Below are positions 35,592 to 48,275 of a stretch of DNA of 64,000 nucleotides, one piece after another. This DNA comes from Lepidodermella squamata. Its lineage: Eukaryota > Animalia > Gastrotricha. The DNA is taken from contig JBLDXI010000011.1 of the NCBI GenBank assembly GCA_047495785.1, positions 992,001-1,056,000 on the forward strand, given 5' to 3'. The translations under genes were made by a program, and so were the position numbers. Positions within the stretch are counted from its first letter, which is position 1. Each line of letters begins with the position of its first letter. A model generated the notes under the pieces. That model made no database searches. It worked only from the letters and a program-made list of their open reading frames with translations, and had not been told where the DNA came from.

Positions 35592-36519
35592 ATCAATAAA
35601 TTTAGCCGATAAATCTATAAAAGTGGAAAATAACGACACAAGTATCAATTGTTTTATGCCTGCAAGATATAATGTTGCTGGCCAGGCTTCTTAAGACTTG
35701 TAAAGTGAGGGAGCGAGATAGCAAGCATCTGCCGACTGCTTAGCTAGTAAATGATTGAGGGATACTTCTGATCCATCTACTGTAATGAAAGCATCCAGCA
35801 GTTGGCCATGATGTCAATGCGCTACTACGATAGTTTCCCATCGTCGGGGCAATGTTTGCTTGGCATCCCAACTTTCTAATAATAATAATAATTTCGTTTT
35901 CAAAGCGAACTTCAAGGACCAGAAGGGCATGCCACTTGCTCTAACGCTAGGTCTTAACGTAAGTGAGAGATATGAACATCGTAAGACTGAGTTTGACTGG
36001 TGCAGTCTAGCTGACACTCCCAGGTTCCCAATTTACTATTTTGTAACGCCATTGATTGGTAACACCACCGATGGAGACTCGATCCTGGTTCCATCACTAG
36101 GACTTGAACCCAGTCCCGAGCGATATCCCCTCAGATACACAGTTGCTCATCGACCCAACTAAGCCACCGTGCCTCTTATTCTACCTACTCATCTCTGGCA
36201 CGAGTATTGAACTCCCAACTTGTAGGTATGGAATTGATTGTTATGGGAATTGGTTTCATTGTCATCGATTTCTGGCTAATTCAGCTGCAATTGCCAAGTG
36301 CCAAATGCTGCTATAAAACCAGACTGCAAAAACGATAACTGTAAAAATTTGCATGTTTGCATATTCTCGCCTCATCTGGGACGCCATCTTGGATTTTGCC
36401 TCTTTTTTGTTCCCTGTGAAGGTTAAAAGCCAGGATTTCATTTTATTTTTATTTTATCAAACATTTAAATATAAATTCACTCATTATTAATTATTTCTGT
36501 TTAAATTTGTTTTCGCGTG

Positions 36520-37060
36520 GTTTTCAGGCAGAAATTTGCGAGTGGGATTTTGACGCGCCGACGACGATGTGCTACCCTTTATCGAATTCGGTATGGTCCC
36601 GTACACGTTTGCGGCCTCAGAGAGTGTCCTCGAGAAGCTGAATGCGGTGCAACAACGATTCTGCTCAGCGACAGGGGCGAAACTTGTGCCACTGGGAAAA
36701 AGAAGATTCGTAGGAGTCATGACCTACCTATATAAAATGGTCGTGGCAGGTCGAGGGACCAAACAAGTCCGCTCAAAATTCAGGCGAATATTCAACAAGC
36801 GTGGTGTAACTCGAGCCGCAAAATCGAAGCATCAATATCAACTGATCCTGACAAAGCCGTCCACGCTTCGGTCCAACATCCAACCGATGGAAAGAATAAA
36901 CAAAATCATTCAAAAGTGGAATGAAATCCCGAAAGATTGTTTCCCGGCCACTGTCGACATTGAACATTGAACATTTTAAACTAATCTACTAATGATGAAT
37001 GACCTAGGGTTGTCGCTATGAACATCAGTGCGTGCCCGAAAGCTCATGTAAATAAAAAAA
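36520..37060 (+). mobile_element. 5'-truncated LINE (RT C-terminal end + A tail)
   Basis: LPFIEFG...KLNAVQQRF...YLYKM...WNEIP; AATAAAAAAAA at ~37050. Confidence 0.7.
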
Positions 37061-37089
37061 ATGTTCACTATCGATTTTATCGATTTTCA

Positions 37090-37680
37090 CGAGACATTCG
37101 AAGAAATCGCCGGTGATGATCAAGCTTTTTCTCTCGCCGTTGAGACTTCGCCCGAAACAGCTACCCAAACACAGAGTTTTGGGATCGTCTATCAACCCCG
37201 AGACTTATCTGGCACCTGGGGCATGGTGGTCCCGTACACATAGACGGCTCCTACAAAGCTGAATTGGTCCGGCTTCCCAGTGTTGGTTATGGTGCAAGCG
37301 ACAAACAAAACTAATGAAATGAAACAAATGAAATGTTTTATTTTTCGTCCTCCTCGGCTGTAAACGTCCGCGCCAAGGTACAAGCGACAAGGAACGTAAA
37401 TATCGCCCTGTTGCGGTAGCCGTTACTGGAGGAGAGAGGCGGGAGGATTACCGTTTTGTCTTGAAGAGTATTAAGGATGCTTATCTGCGAGTGTGCGGTA
37501 AGTGTGTGTCCTTAATCCGCCTTAATATCCTGAACTCCACTTCATCATAGGTGTAGAGCAACCTAAGCCGCCTGTTGTCGTGCGCGATGGTGCGCCGGCT
37601 TTAGCAGGTGCTATCTGCTATCGAGGACGTGTACGACGCGGACTTTCTGCAGCAAATGTGTTACGCACTTGTTTACTAAG
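37090..37680 (+). pseudogene. MULE/Mutator transposase remnant
   Basis: VHIDGSYK(fs)LNWSGFPVLVM...PVAVAVTGGERREDYRFVL...VVRDGAPALAGAI...MCY, with introns. Confidence 0.75.
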
Positions 37681-38649
37681 TCACAAAAGCACTTTGTTTA
37701 CTGATGGCGAGTTATATTAAGGATAACAATAGCATAAGCTATGTTGAGACGGGTATCTATTGTATTATTGAAAGGCTCTCTATTAGACAAAACACGCATT
37801 TGTGCTGTTTCTCAATTCTCTGAGTGGTTCTACATGTTTACTTGGAAATAATTCCTCTTTAATCTCAAAGTTGCAAGACAATAGCACGAACGGTATTTTC
37901 GAAATGAAAAACTTGCTTAAGTAAGGTCTCAAATAATTAATCAAGTTGCGTTGACAAGCAACGCCAATTAACTTCAATGGAGCAATATATTACTATTACT
38001 ATTGTAATTAGCTATTGAAGTATAGAGAATAGATGAGAACATCTATTATGAACCTTGTTCATGTCAGGTTCTCAAATTAAGATGAAAGCTGTGTTTTCAA
38101 CCGTTTCCAACCGGACAGACTAAATGGGAAAGACGAGATGTTACTGGGGTTCCACGCAATAAGACACAACGGCAAAAGGGGCCATGCCGAATGGACCTCA
38201 TTCCGACAGGCCATGGCAGGAGATGACATGCGGCTATAGGTGAAGGCAAGCAAGGTCAAGTCGCGTCAGCCCCACTAGTCTGATATGCATGAGACATGCC
38301 GCTTTTTGAAACGCGCAGCATAGGCCGGATTAACGCATAGAAGGCACGTGCCCAAAGGCCGTCAGTAAAAAGGGCCGCCTAAAAGTGGTGAATTGTTCGC
38401 TATTACTAAAAATTCCCGGAAGTTTTGCGGGCCTTTATTAGATCGTCATGCTTTGCAGTTGAGAGCCTTTCCAACTGATTTCAACTGTTATATTTCGACA
38501 ATTTATTTCATCGATACTACCCCTAATTCGGAGGATAAAACAACGCAAAATGATTACAACTTGTTGATAAGTGATGAAAATTCTTTATTAGCTGACGGTG
38601 AGCGATCGGATGATGACGACAAGGTACCGTAAATATTCAGTCCAGACCT

Positions 38650-39057
38650 TTTCGCGATCGATCAGGTCGGCACCGTCAGACCCAGCAGGGAGCGAGCGCT
38701 TGCCCGTAGCAGACGCATCGGAGCCACCCGGCATGGTGACCATATCCCGGGGTTCCAGGACGACGGGGGGTTCAGCAGAGTGGAACTGGGGGGGGGGGGG
38801 GGGGCACCGCGGTGCGGCCACCTCTGCCACCACCCCGGACAGGGTGTGAGGACGTGGTCTTACGAGACGGAGCGGCAGGGCCGGGGGGCAGAAAAGGGGG
38901 GGGAGGCGACCGGAGGAGGCCATGAGAAACGACGCAGGGAGGGAAAGCACAGACACAAGAGAGGCGCGTTCTAGGTAGCACAACAGGATTGGCGAGGATA
39001 CTAACCTCAGAATGAAAAAAGCAACAAAAGCGCGTTCTAGTTGGCTACAACCGAACG
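38650..39057 (-). mobile_element. Probable 5' UTR and ORF1 start of a GC-rich LINE, head-to-head with the next LINE
   Basis: Pyrimidine-rich leader and Pro-rich MASSGR.. start, with composition like the neighbouring LINE. No diagnostic domain. Confidence 0.3.
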
Positions 39058-42000
39058 AAAATTGATACGAACCTCAGAAAAGGCAAAATTCAATCGCAGT
39101 CGTAGGCCTTCTCCAGGTCAATAAAAACGTCTTTTTGCAGGTTTTTTTACTTGGCCACCTTTTTTTAGCCTGGCCACCTCGCTGCACCCGTCTGCGTTGC
39201 TTCACTCTGATCTGTCTTTGTCCGACTCGTCGGGTGACGAGCACTGTCCCCCTGCTGATGCCTGTGATGTTGATGTTGATGCTTATGCTGGCGCTTGGGC
39301 CACGCTCACGCACGCCTCCTCCCACGCCCTTGTGGACACCTTGTCCTGGTCTGCTGACGACCTGTCTGCTTCAGGAGATGGAGGTTGATAGCTCCGTCGT
39401 GCCCCCCGCCTCTGGCCCCTCTAGCCCATCTGCTGCCGACCCCTCGGACGGCTTCACGGTCGTCACTGGCCGCTCCCCCCGCTACCAGCGGTTGGTCATG
39501 TTGGACAATGTCGGCCCTGAATTCAACTCCCTGCTTCTTGTTGTGCGCGAGCTCCAGCGCGTCGCGCCTTCCGTCGCCTTTCTGCGGTCTTGGATCTGCC
39601 GTCGCGGCGGCTTCGGTATCCTGTGCCGCGATGAAGCCAGCACGACCGCCCTGCTCACCCGCGCCGGCTGGCCCCGTGACGCCTTTGGTGGTAATGTTCG
39701 AGTCCATCGCCCGTCCAGCATTGACTTTCAAGAGTTCAACCCCCTCATTCGTGAGGCCCTCGAAGCCCAGGCTCGTGGGGCGGAGGCGCAGCGTTCAGCG
39801 GTTCGCTCCCAGCGTGCGTGCGCGGACTCCCGCAAGGCGCTACTGTTCAACCTGTTCGAGGGTGTGACGCCCGCCGATGTCCTCGAGTGGGGCGGCCTCG
39901 TCGAAGAGGCCTGGGCTGTCGAGCCACGTCGCGGTGATGCTACTCTGATCGGCGTTTGTTGCAAGACCCGCGAGGGTGCCACGCGCCTCATTGCGCAGGG
40001 GCGCCCGTTCCTTGGACTCCTCGCTCTCGCGCGGCGCTGGCGCGCCCAGCCGCGTCCCAACATCTGCGCCCGTTGCTGCCGCATCGGCCAGGTGGCCGCC
40101 CGCTGTGCGCTCCCGGTTCCCTGTGGCACGTGTGGTGTGTTCGGTCATGTCACCAAGCGATGTCCCACTCCTGCCGCCAAGTGTTGCGTCCGCTGTAATG
40201 CTGGCCACTCCAGCTTCTTCCGTGGCTGCGAGGTCTATCGTGACGGTTGGCTGACGAAGCCGCTGCCCAGTCGTATCACTCCGGCGATGCCGCGGTCCGT
40301 CCTGGTGTCTGCGTCGGCGTCTGGCTCGTTGGCGCCCCCTGCTGGTGCCGCCTCCGCCTCTGCGCCCGCCCGTGGCCCATCGGTGCCCCCCGCTCATCCG
40401 ACTGGTCGGCAACCGCCGCCGCCGCCGCCCGCGTTTCTTGCCCTGCAGGCCTCCGTCTCGGCTCGAGGCGAAATGTTGCGTTCGCTCTGCGACGACGTTG
40501 CCCGCCTGGCTGATCGCCCGCCTGCCGCCGCTAGCGCCGCCCAGCCGCCGTCGCCGTCCGCCGGTCAGCAGGTGACGCCTGAGGTCCTCGCCCTGCAGTC
40601 CACCGTCTCGGCCCACGACACCATGTTGCGGTTTGTGCTTCCCTCGCCAAGCTGACCGAGAACGTGTCTGCCCTCTCCAGCTCCGTCGTTCGGTCGCAGG
40701 AGGAACTCTCCGCGAGATTCGGTTCGCAGATCGAACGGCTTGCCGCAGCCATCACCGGTGTGCGCTTTGGCGGCCTGCCTCAATTCGCGTCGAACCAGGC
40801 CCTTCCCTCGTATCCCGGCCTTCAGCCGGCCCAGTTCACTGATCCCGTCGCTCTGTTCGGCGGCCTGTTCGGCGCTGTGTCGGGCGCCCCTCCTCCTGGC
40901 TCTCCGATGGCCCTGCAGCCGCCGCTCCCGTCTGGCTCACCTCGTCCCGCCCATCATCATGTCTAGGTTCCTCTCGCTCCGCGTGTTGCAGTGGAACGCG
41001 GAGGGTATCCTCCGCGAGGAGTTCGAGCTGGCCTACCTCATCGAGAAGTATAAGCCTGATGTCATACTGTTGAACGAGTCTCACCTGCGCGAAGGCAATA
41101 CGTTCTCCGTCCCTGGTTTCTTTGTGCTCCGCCCAGTCGAACGCGGGTCACATTTTGAAATGAAAAAGTTATATAAATGTCATATGTCGGCAACATGCCA
41201 AATTTTTTGACACGTTTTTTTCATGTAATTTTCATGTGACATTAAATTGCGGCATTTTCAGCTATATTTTAACAATATGATTTTCATACTCAGTTTTAAA
41301 CATGATTAGGAACTTGACGATTATATACGTTAGAAATATGATTATAATACACATTTGTAAGCTACCATTTACTGTTAACTTTTCGAGTTTCGAGGCCTTT
41401 ATTGATGCTGAGTGTAATTTTACTCTCGGAAATCTGCATTTTGAAAACGTAGCTAATCAATTTCCCCAATCATTTTATGGAATGAATTTTCGATAAATAG
41501 AAACAGGCTCGCAGTATTAAAGTCAGCGATGTGTACCCGGAAAATGTATAGTGAATTTTCCTACCTCGACCATCAAGGCTGCAGCTTTTGCCATATGAGC
41601 TGGCGCTTTTCCATCTCGACGTGCCAAGTTGGCGACCACTGGGTTTTAAGTTCAGCAACAAAGTCTCCTTACTCGGCGATGATAACTGAAAACATAGACA
41701 AAAGTCTCGATATTGGAAAACATCGCACGACAAAAAGAGTCGTCAATAGAAATTGCAATTATCCGCGGATGAGTAAAAAGTCGAATAAATTAGAAGTATT
41801 CACGATATTTATTTCTAAGTTAATTTTTAGCTAGCAGTACTTAACGTAATAATGCTCACGTGCCACAAGGAACATTTCAATCTCTTCGCAACGGACCGGA
41901 GAAAACGAATTAAAAGATACAGTATAAGCAATGAGCAATTTTCGTGATACTTTCAGATGGCGATGAGGCAATCATCATTATAACTGAAAACCGGGAGATT

Positions 42001-44625
42001 TTTTTCCGAATTTCTTGGATTTCCGAGAATCGAAAAGGTACACTTATATGTCACCACAGCACAATAAAATTTAATGAAATATAAGAAGGATTGTTAATTT
42101 AATCATTATTTGATTCATCGCTCTCTTCGTACCAAGCATCACCAAGCTGCCGCTTTCAATGTAACCGAGACTAGATTGGCTAGATTTGGCAGGCATGCCA
42201 GCTTTCTCGTCAGACTCGATGACAGCTTGATTCATCAGTACCATGAATGACACGGCTGCGTGCGTTTCAGCGGAACCGGCGTTTCTGGCTCCGGTGTGGC
42301 TGAGATCATGGCTATCGACGTTTTTCCGGCAGCTATTTTAATTGGAAAAATTAATTAACAAAACAGTTACAATCCAGAATTTGATGCGCTTTCCTCACCT
42401 TTTGATCTTGTTTTTGCGATGAAGCACGGAGTAAATCCATGGTCAGGTAAATAAAGTCTAGTGGCATTTATTCTGGAAAGAAATTTCGCGATAAAATGAT
42501 CGCAATTTTTTCGGAAAATTACCGTTCTTTGAAAAGCCGAATTCGGAGTGACTATCGAGAAGTAATCGGGAGCTATCGGTAGGCAGGATTTTCGTCGTCA
42601 TTCTAAAGTGATAAATAAGCAAGTTATCAACTTGGAATTGTAATTTCTCGAACAAGAATTACTTTTGCTGGAAAAAATTTAGACTGGTTTCGTTAACTTT
42701 GATTAATGTAAATTACTATCGGAAATTGTCATCTGCAACTATAGAAGAATACTCGTATCCTTTTCATGCGAGTGTCGAATTGTGATTCGCAATCGCAATT
42801 GTAATTTCTAAACTACTTTTATATTTACAACTTCGGGCCAACTAATTAGAATGCCAACTTGGAATGACATCTAGCGTTTTTTATACGCTTCATAGTTTTC
42901 TCCATTATATACATGGAGGAGAGCATAGCCGACAGGCAGCCGCGAACTTAGATCAATTGTTTTGAGGAGAAGCCGCTAGTCAACGGCAAGAGTACCACCT
43001 CGGCTGATTTGGCTGCTTTTTCAACGGATCACGTAGATTCAGCTTTAGATTCAGTCTAACGCAGTATAATCCCTGAACAAGTTCTCAAATTTCGAGGGAA
43101 GACGTTGCCTTTAAAATAGCGACGCTGAAACTGCAGCCAGAGCATTTCCTATGGAGAGATTTAGGAATGCATTCAAACTGAATTCACCCGGTGATATATC
43201 GAAAGGTAGAATTTCAAATCACCAAGCTCCGGTTAGTACTCTACAAGCTCCAGACCTTTTCCGCCCGGCCTATAATTAGGCTGCTAAAAGCTTTGGAGGT
43301 TATGAAAATTCCTATTACTGTAAGTAAAACCGTTTTTTCACTGATCATAATTAGACTGTATTCTTATTGAACACCCTGCCGCGAATAATCGTTTGGTCGC
43401 GAACGATGGACAACAGAATGAAGAAATCCCGAACGCTTTCTTTGCCGTAACAATTTCCGAAATAATCTGAAAAGTCAGACAGGCCGATTTCAGTCTTAGA
43501 TGTGAACGCTTTTCTTGACGAAATCATAGCTGAAGCCCAATTTAAATTCGCAACGTAACCGGTCGATTTAACACGGATTTAACGGATTTAAGACATACTC
43601 TTTCGCTATCATCGCCTCACCCCTCGATGTTGAAGAGTCAAGATAGAGCCGTTTACGATGCTTTGATTTACAGTGTGCAGAAGAAATGATTCGAACATTC
43701 GCCCAACATATCACTCAAAAGCGACTGAGATGGTTAATTTCACTGAGGAAGTTGGTATTGAAGGAGCTGCAAAGAGTACTAGTCATATTTTTCTCCACAT
43801 AATTTTCTTAGTTTCTCGTGGTTTTTATCACAAGAAGTGCGGTTTATCTCGATTGAGCTGTATTGAGCTCGATTTGCGCTATGAGTGCTCAGTTTTGCGA
43901 CTTTTAATCTGGTTTGTCGTTTCTAAACAGACTTATTCCAAAATCACAAATTCGCAATAATATTTGGAATAATAATGAAAAATAGCTGATATTAAAATAG
44001 CGAAATTGAAGCATGGACGATCCTTAAAACCACTGCGAGGGCGGAGATGTTCTCTCGACTCAAGTATAACACAATTTTTCCCGAAACTTCAACCAAACCT
44101 ACTGTCTGTTTCTGAATCTCAGATAGTCAACTTCTTAACTGAAACTTATCAAGGTGGATTCCACGTTCATTCGAATTTTGAGAATAATAGTGACATTTTC
44201 TTACTTCATAGCTTTTGGAGATCGCTCGATTCCGCTCAGATCCGCTCAATTTGTTGTCTGGTATTTTCAAGTCTACGGGTGAAAACAGTTAAAATAATTT
44301 CACCAAAGGCCATTGAATTATTCTCCTACCAGATCAAGTGCATGGAATTGTCAGGCGGAACGGCAGGTAATTCGAGGTATCAGCAGGTATTAGCCTGTGT
44401 AGTCATGCGTAGTTAAAACCTACATTACATCAGAAATACATTTTGCAATTGTAAAAACTCGGAGTAAAATTGTTCATAACTTCGACGTAGAAAAATATCA
44501 ATGCAGGAAATCTGTGAGAAGCCGACGACAATTTCATCTCAACCTGTATGAAAAACATATTTCAATTATTCAATCAATATCATAATAATATTCAATGATA
44601 TCAACATCAGTCTTTCATTTAATCA

Positions 44626-44793
44626 TTTTGGGCCCACTTTTGCTACTTTGGGCCCACTTTTACTACTTTGGGCCCACTTTTGCTACTTTGGGCCCACTTT
44701 TACTACTTTGGGCCCACGCAACTTTGGGCCCACTTTTGCTACTTTGGGCCCACTTTTGCTACTTTGGGCCCACGCAACTTTGGGCCCACTTTT
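44626..44793. repeat. Minisatellite, 18-21-bp unit TTTGGGCCCACTTTT(G/A)CTAC, about 8-9 copies
   Basis: Seen directly. Confidence 0.95.
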
Positions 44794-44802
44794 TAAATTA
44801 TC

Positions 44803-45075
44803 TCATCGAAACAACAGAACAAATTTCAACTTACAATACACTCGATTCTCTCGATGATAGGAAACAGCGCAGTTTCTAACACTCGGGTGGCATAACCCAG
44901 GTCGAGGTGGGCAAGCTATGCAGCTGTAATAGGTGTGGCGCCTGCAAACCTGACATTTGCTTCGCATGAATCTTTTACCTCGCTTGATTTCATTGGGTTT
45001 CAGCAAATGACCAGGGAGGCCCGGTACGCTGGTTTCAATCCTTGTATTTTTTGTTGAAATTTTTCGTCCAGGCAT
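44803..45075 (-). CDS. Stand-alone piggyBac-type C-terminal cysteine-rich zinc domain (90 aa)
   Basis: H-x..R..CQVC...T.Y.CIAC...PGLC....RNC...YH pattern. Confidence 0.65.
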   Translation of the reverse strand: MPGRKISTKNTRIETSVPGLPGHLLKPNEIKRGKRFMRSKCQVCRRHTYYSCIACPPRPGLCHPSVRNCAVSYHRENRVYCKLKFVLLFR

Positions 45076-45125
45076 TTTCGTAATAAGATCTAAAAACATC
45101 TAAACATTAGCATATTTTCTCAGCT

Positions 45126-47739
45126 CTAATTAATATCAATCAATTCTTGTAAATTCGGAACTTCGGCTACATAAGCCAAGGTATCAACCTCAAAGCAGAA
45201 ACAAGGAAATAATGGTTTACGATATAAATCGAAAATCACAGTTTCGGAATAAATTGATTGAACCATTTTGTAGTGTTTCGAATTGGGGTTAGATGAAGTC
45301 TTCAATTGATTGATAGCAGCATAAACGCGATCTTGGCTCGGGTGAATAAAGAAATAGGCTAATTTTCCGAAGCAATCCTTGTCGAATCGAACAACCATGT
45401 CCTTGGCGTAAGTTAGACGCTTAGAGGCACGCGTCACTTGAACCTTGATTTTCGGAAAAACCGTGAGGGTCATTCTGATCACAGGAACAGTTTTCTTCTC
45501 TTGCTGACCGAAAAGCACTGCTGTGCCTGTATCATCTTCAGAGGTGTGGACGACAGCCGTCGCCGGTACCTGGCAATCAGTGCCCATTAGATAAGCCACG
45601 AATAATTTCGTAGAGCGAAGCGACCAGCCGATAGTTGCGTTTTCTTGCACTAGCCAGTCGGAATTACACCAATTGCGGAGAAAATCAAGTGCTGCAAACC
45701 GATTAGCGAGCTGCATCGGAATGGTATTAGCAGACTGAAGTTGTCTGGTAACGACCCCGAGGTACGATTCAAAGGTAAACGATGAATATCTGTACATCGG
45801 GCCGTGCTCTTCGACGCACTCCCAAGCGTGATGACCAAATACGTGGACATTATAAGTCATAACGTCTACACCATAGAGATCTTCGTAAGAATGCACCCAT
45901 TTAAGTCCCATAGTTTTTATCACTCTGGCGTCGATTTTTGCCACGTTTTCCGTATTTTCGTATTTGTCTGATAGACATTCGAAAAGAAGGTCTTGAAGCA
46001 TTTGAAAGTTATCTGCTTGCTCAGGTGTCAGGAATTGTCTCATTACTATCGGGCCATAACCGAGGATGAAAGTGCGATAATCCTGAGCATGCCAGTCTTT
46101 GTTCAGATTGCCATTTTTGCAGATAGGCGGGACCTGCCTCGTCGGATCACGGCCATTCGAAACCAAACTGTTGATGTGGGAGTCAATTTCGCGCCACTTT
46201 TTCACGTAGAATGGACTGCTCGCCTTGAACCACAACTCATGCATTTGATATTTAACGATGCCTAGGCATACCTGAAAGTTGTTTCCCATTTCCCAGTTAA
46301 TTTAGCTCACCAGAATTCTTTTCAAATTACTATAAAAAACTTACAGCATGCATATAGTCGATAGGCAGCCCGCGGACCGCGTGAAAGTTTGGTATACCCA
46401 AAATGAGAGCTTCATCCTTGACACCTTGAACAACAGTGTTTGTTTGACGAGCCTGCGCTGCCATCGCCCGAAATGACTCGTCCGTTCGCTTTTCATATTG
46501 TTGCCGATTTTTCTTGTTAGGATAGACCGTCTTTCCTCCTTTGCCATCTTCATCGGCTTCATGACGAATGCCTTCAATCAGACAAAACGGGCAAGCGAAA
46601 TACCCCCCGTGATGTTTAATCATCAAGGCCATAGCTTTGGCAGGGGTATCACAGACGCCGTAATGATGCTCCAAAATAACTCTAACTCCGTTAGCAAGCA
46701 GAATTCCATTTCTAGCGTACGACTGCATTTGAGATACGAAATGACGTAAAACAAATTTTGTTGGATGTGTCGTTCCAACCCAAATTGTGTGAACGAATTT
46801 TAGAGGAATTGTATCAAATCGTATCAACAGCAACCAAACTTGTCTCGCATACGGCGATATTCCGTCATAAAACCATTGCACTTTCATGACCGCCTGTTTT
46901 CCTGTAAACTTTATATGCCGGGATAGCATGTTAACGAATTGAGAGAAGTCGAACGACAGGCCGTATCCGATTTTATTGGTGGGTTTACACTTGTCGCATT
47001 TTGAAACCGCATCGAAATTAGCCTTGTCAGACATAGAAGCGAATTTGTTGCATTTGCAAGTAACGAATCGGTATATCTTTTTCTGGTCGACAATGCGTCG
47101 GAGAATTCGGCCTTTGGAGGCAAGAGTATCCTCAAAAAAATTCGAACCGACCAGGCCATCGATGACTTTCAAAATGTCGATAACAGCCCCCCAAGGCAGT
47201 TTGTACTTCCAGAACACCCCAAGAATCAAGACAAAGACCGACAAGTAAGTCACGCGCCCACCTTTGAACACGGGCTTGTCAATCGATGACCAGTCAAAAT
47301 TGGAAAATGTGCTATCATTCGCAGTCGTACTGTCGTCGTTACCATCGTATTCAGAAGCATTAACATATTCAGAAGCATCATAGTAATCCTCTTCGACCTC
47401 ATCAAGATCAGCGAATGGTTCATATGGGGGTGGTGAATCTTCTTGTTCTGCATCGACTTCAATCGCGGCTGCTACATTATTAAGAAACTCGGCATCTGGT
47501 CGTACTTCTTCTCCCTCGGGAGACAGGTAACGATCTATGCTCCTAGCATTCGATTCGATAGCACTCTGCTTAGAAGTAGATGGGCCATCATCATCGTCAA
47601 GATATCTCGAAGGCACTTTGAGTCGAGACATAAGCATTGCTGCAGCAGATGGTGGGCGAGAATCTTCTTTGGCCTTATCTCTTTCTTTCTGCCTCTTACA
47701 TAGATCTCGAACGACCTTTTCACGTTCATCAGAATCCAT
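45126..47739 (-). CDS. EnSpm/CACTA transposase (2 exons, intron 46272-46344, ~846 aa, intact)
   Basis: YDGIS, CDTPAKA..HHGGYFACPFC, DYMHA|VCLG, TYNVH, HGP...SF.FES motifs. Confidence 0.9.
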
Positions 47740-48275
47740 CGAGCAGGGAAAGAATCAAGGTAGGATCAATCTGTAACACCTAGTTAGAAACGATGCAAAG
47801 CGTATTATGAAAATCGGCATTTACAAAATTCAGACCATGATGACACTTTGTAAAGCAATTAATATCAACGCTTAAAAATAGGTATAACATAATGGACAAC
47901 GAGAGATCAGCATCTTACAGGTAACATATGAAGAAGCGCCATAAACATGTCAAGTCGAGTAGAAGGCATAAAATATATTCCGTTTCAATTTTGATGGATA
48001 TTAAAATTAATTTATACAAAAACGTCCTTCCGATGTTATAAAACTTCGACCTTAAAAATTAACGAAACAATTTAAATTTCGCGCTAGTGAGCACGCCGGC
48101 TGACCGATATCTAACGGTTCCCAGCAGCGACATGTCTTTTTTCGCTTTATATCATCAGAACTCTGCTAATAAACTTTCTCCGTTTGACCTGTACTTTTTA
48201 GAATGCATTGACCAAACTGGAAAGGCTTTCACCCTTGTTATTTCATCCTTTAGGAATTATACATTTTCAAATAAA

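Noticed and set aside
38120-38240. GFHAIRH as a tyrosine recombinase HxxR motif
   Set aside because: Too short, with no supporting frame or other catalytic residues.
44626-44793. Regular repeat as a CRISPR array or repeat protein
   Set aside because: Head-to-tail units with no unique spacers, eukaryotic context and no cas genes; a minisatellite inside CACTA.
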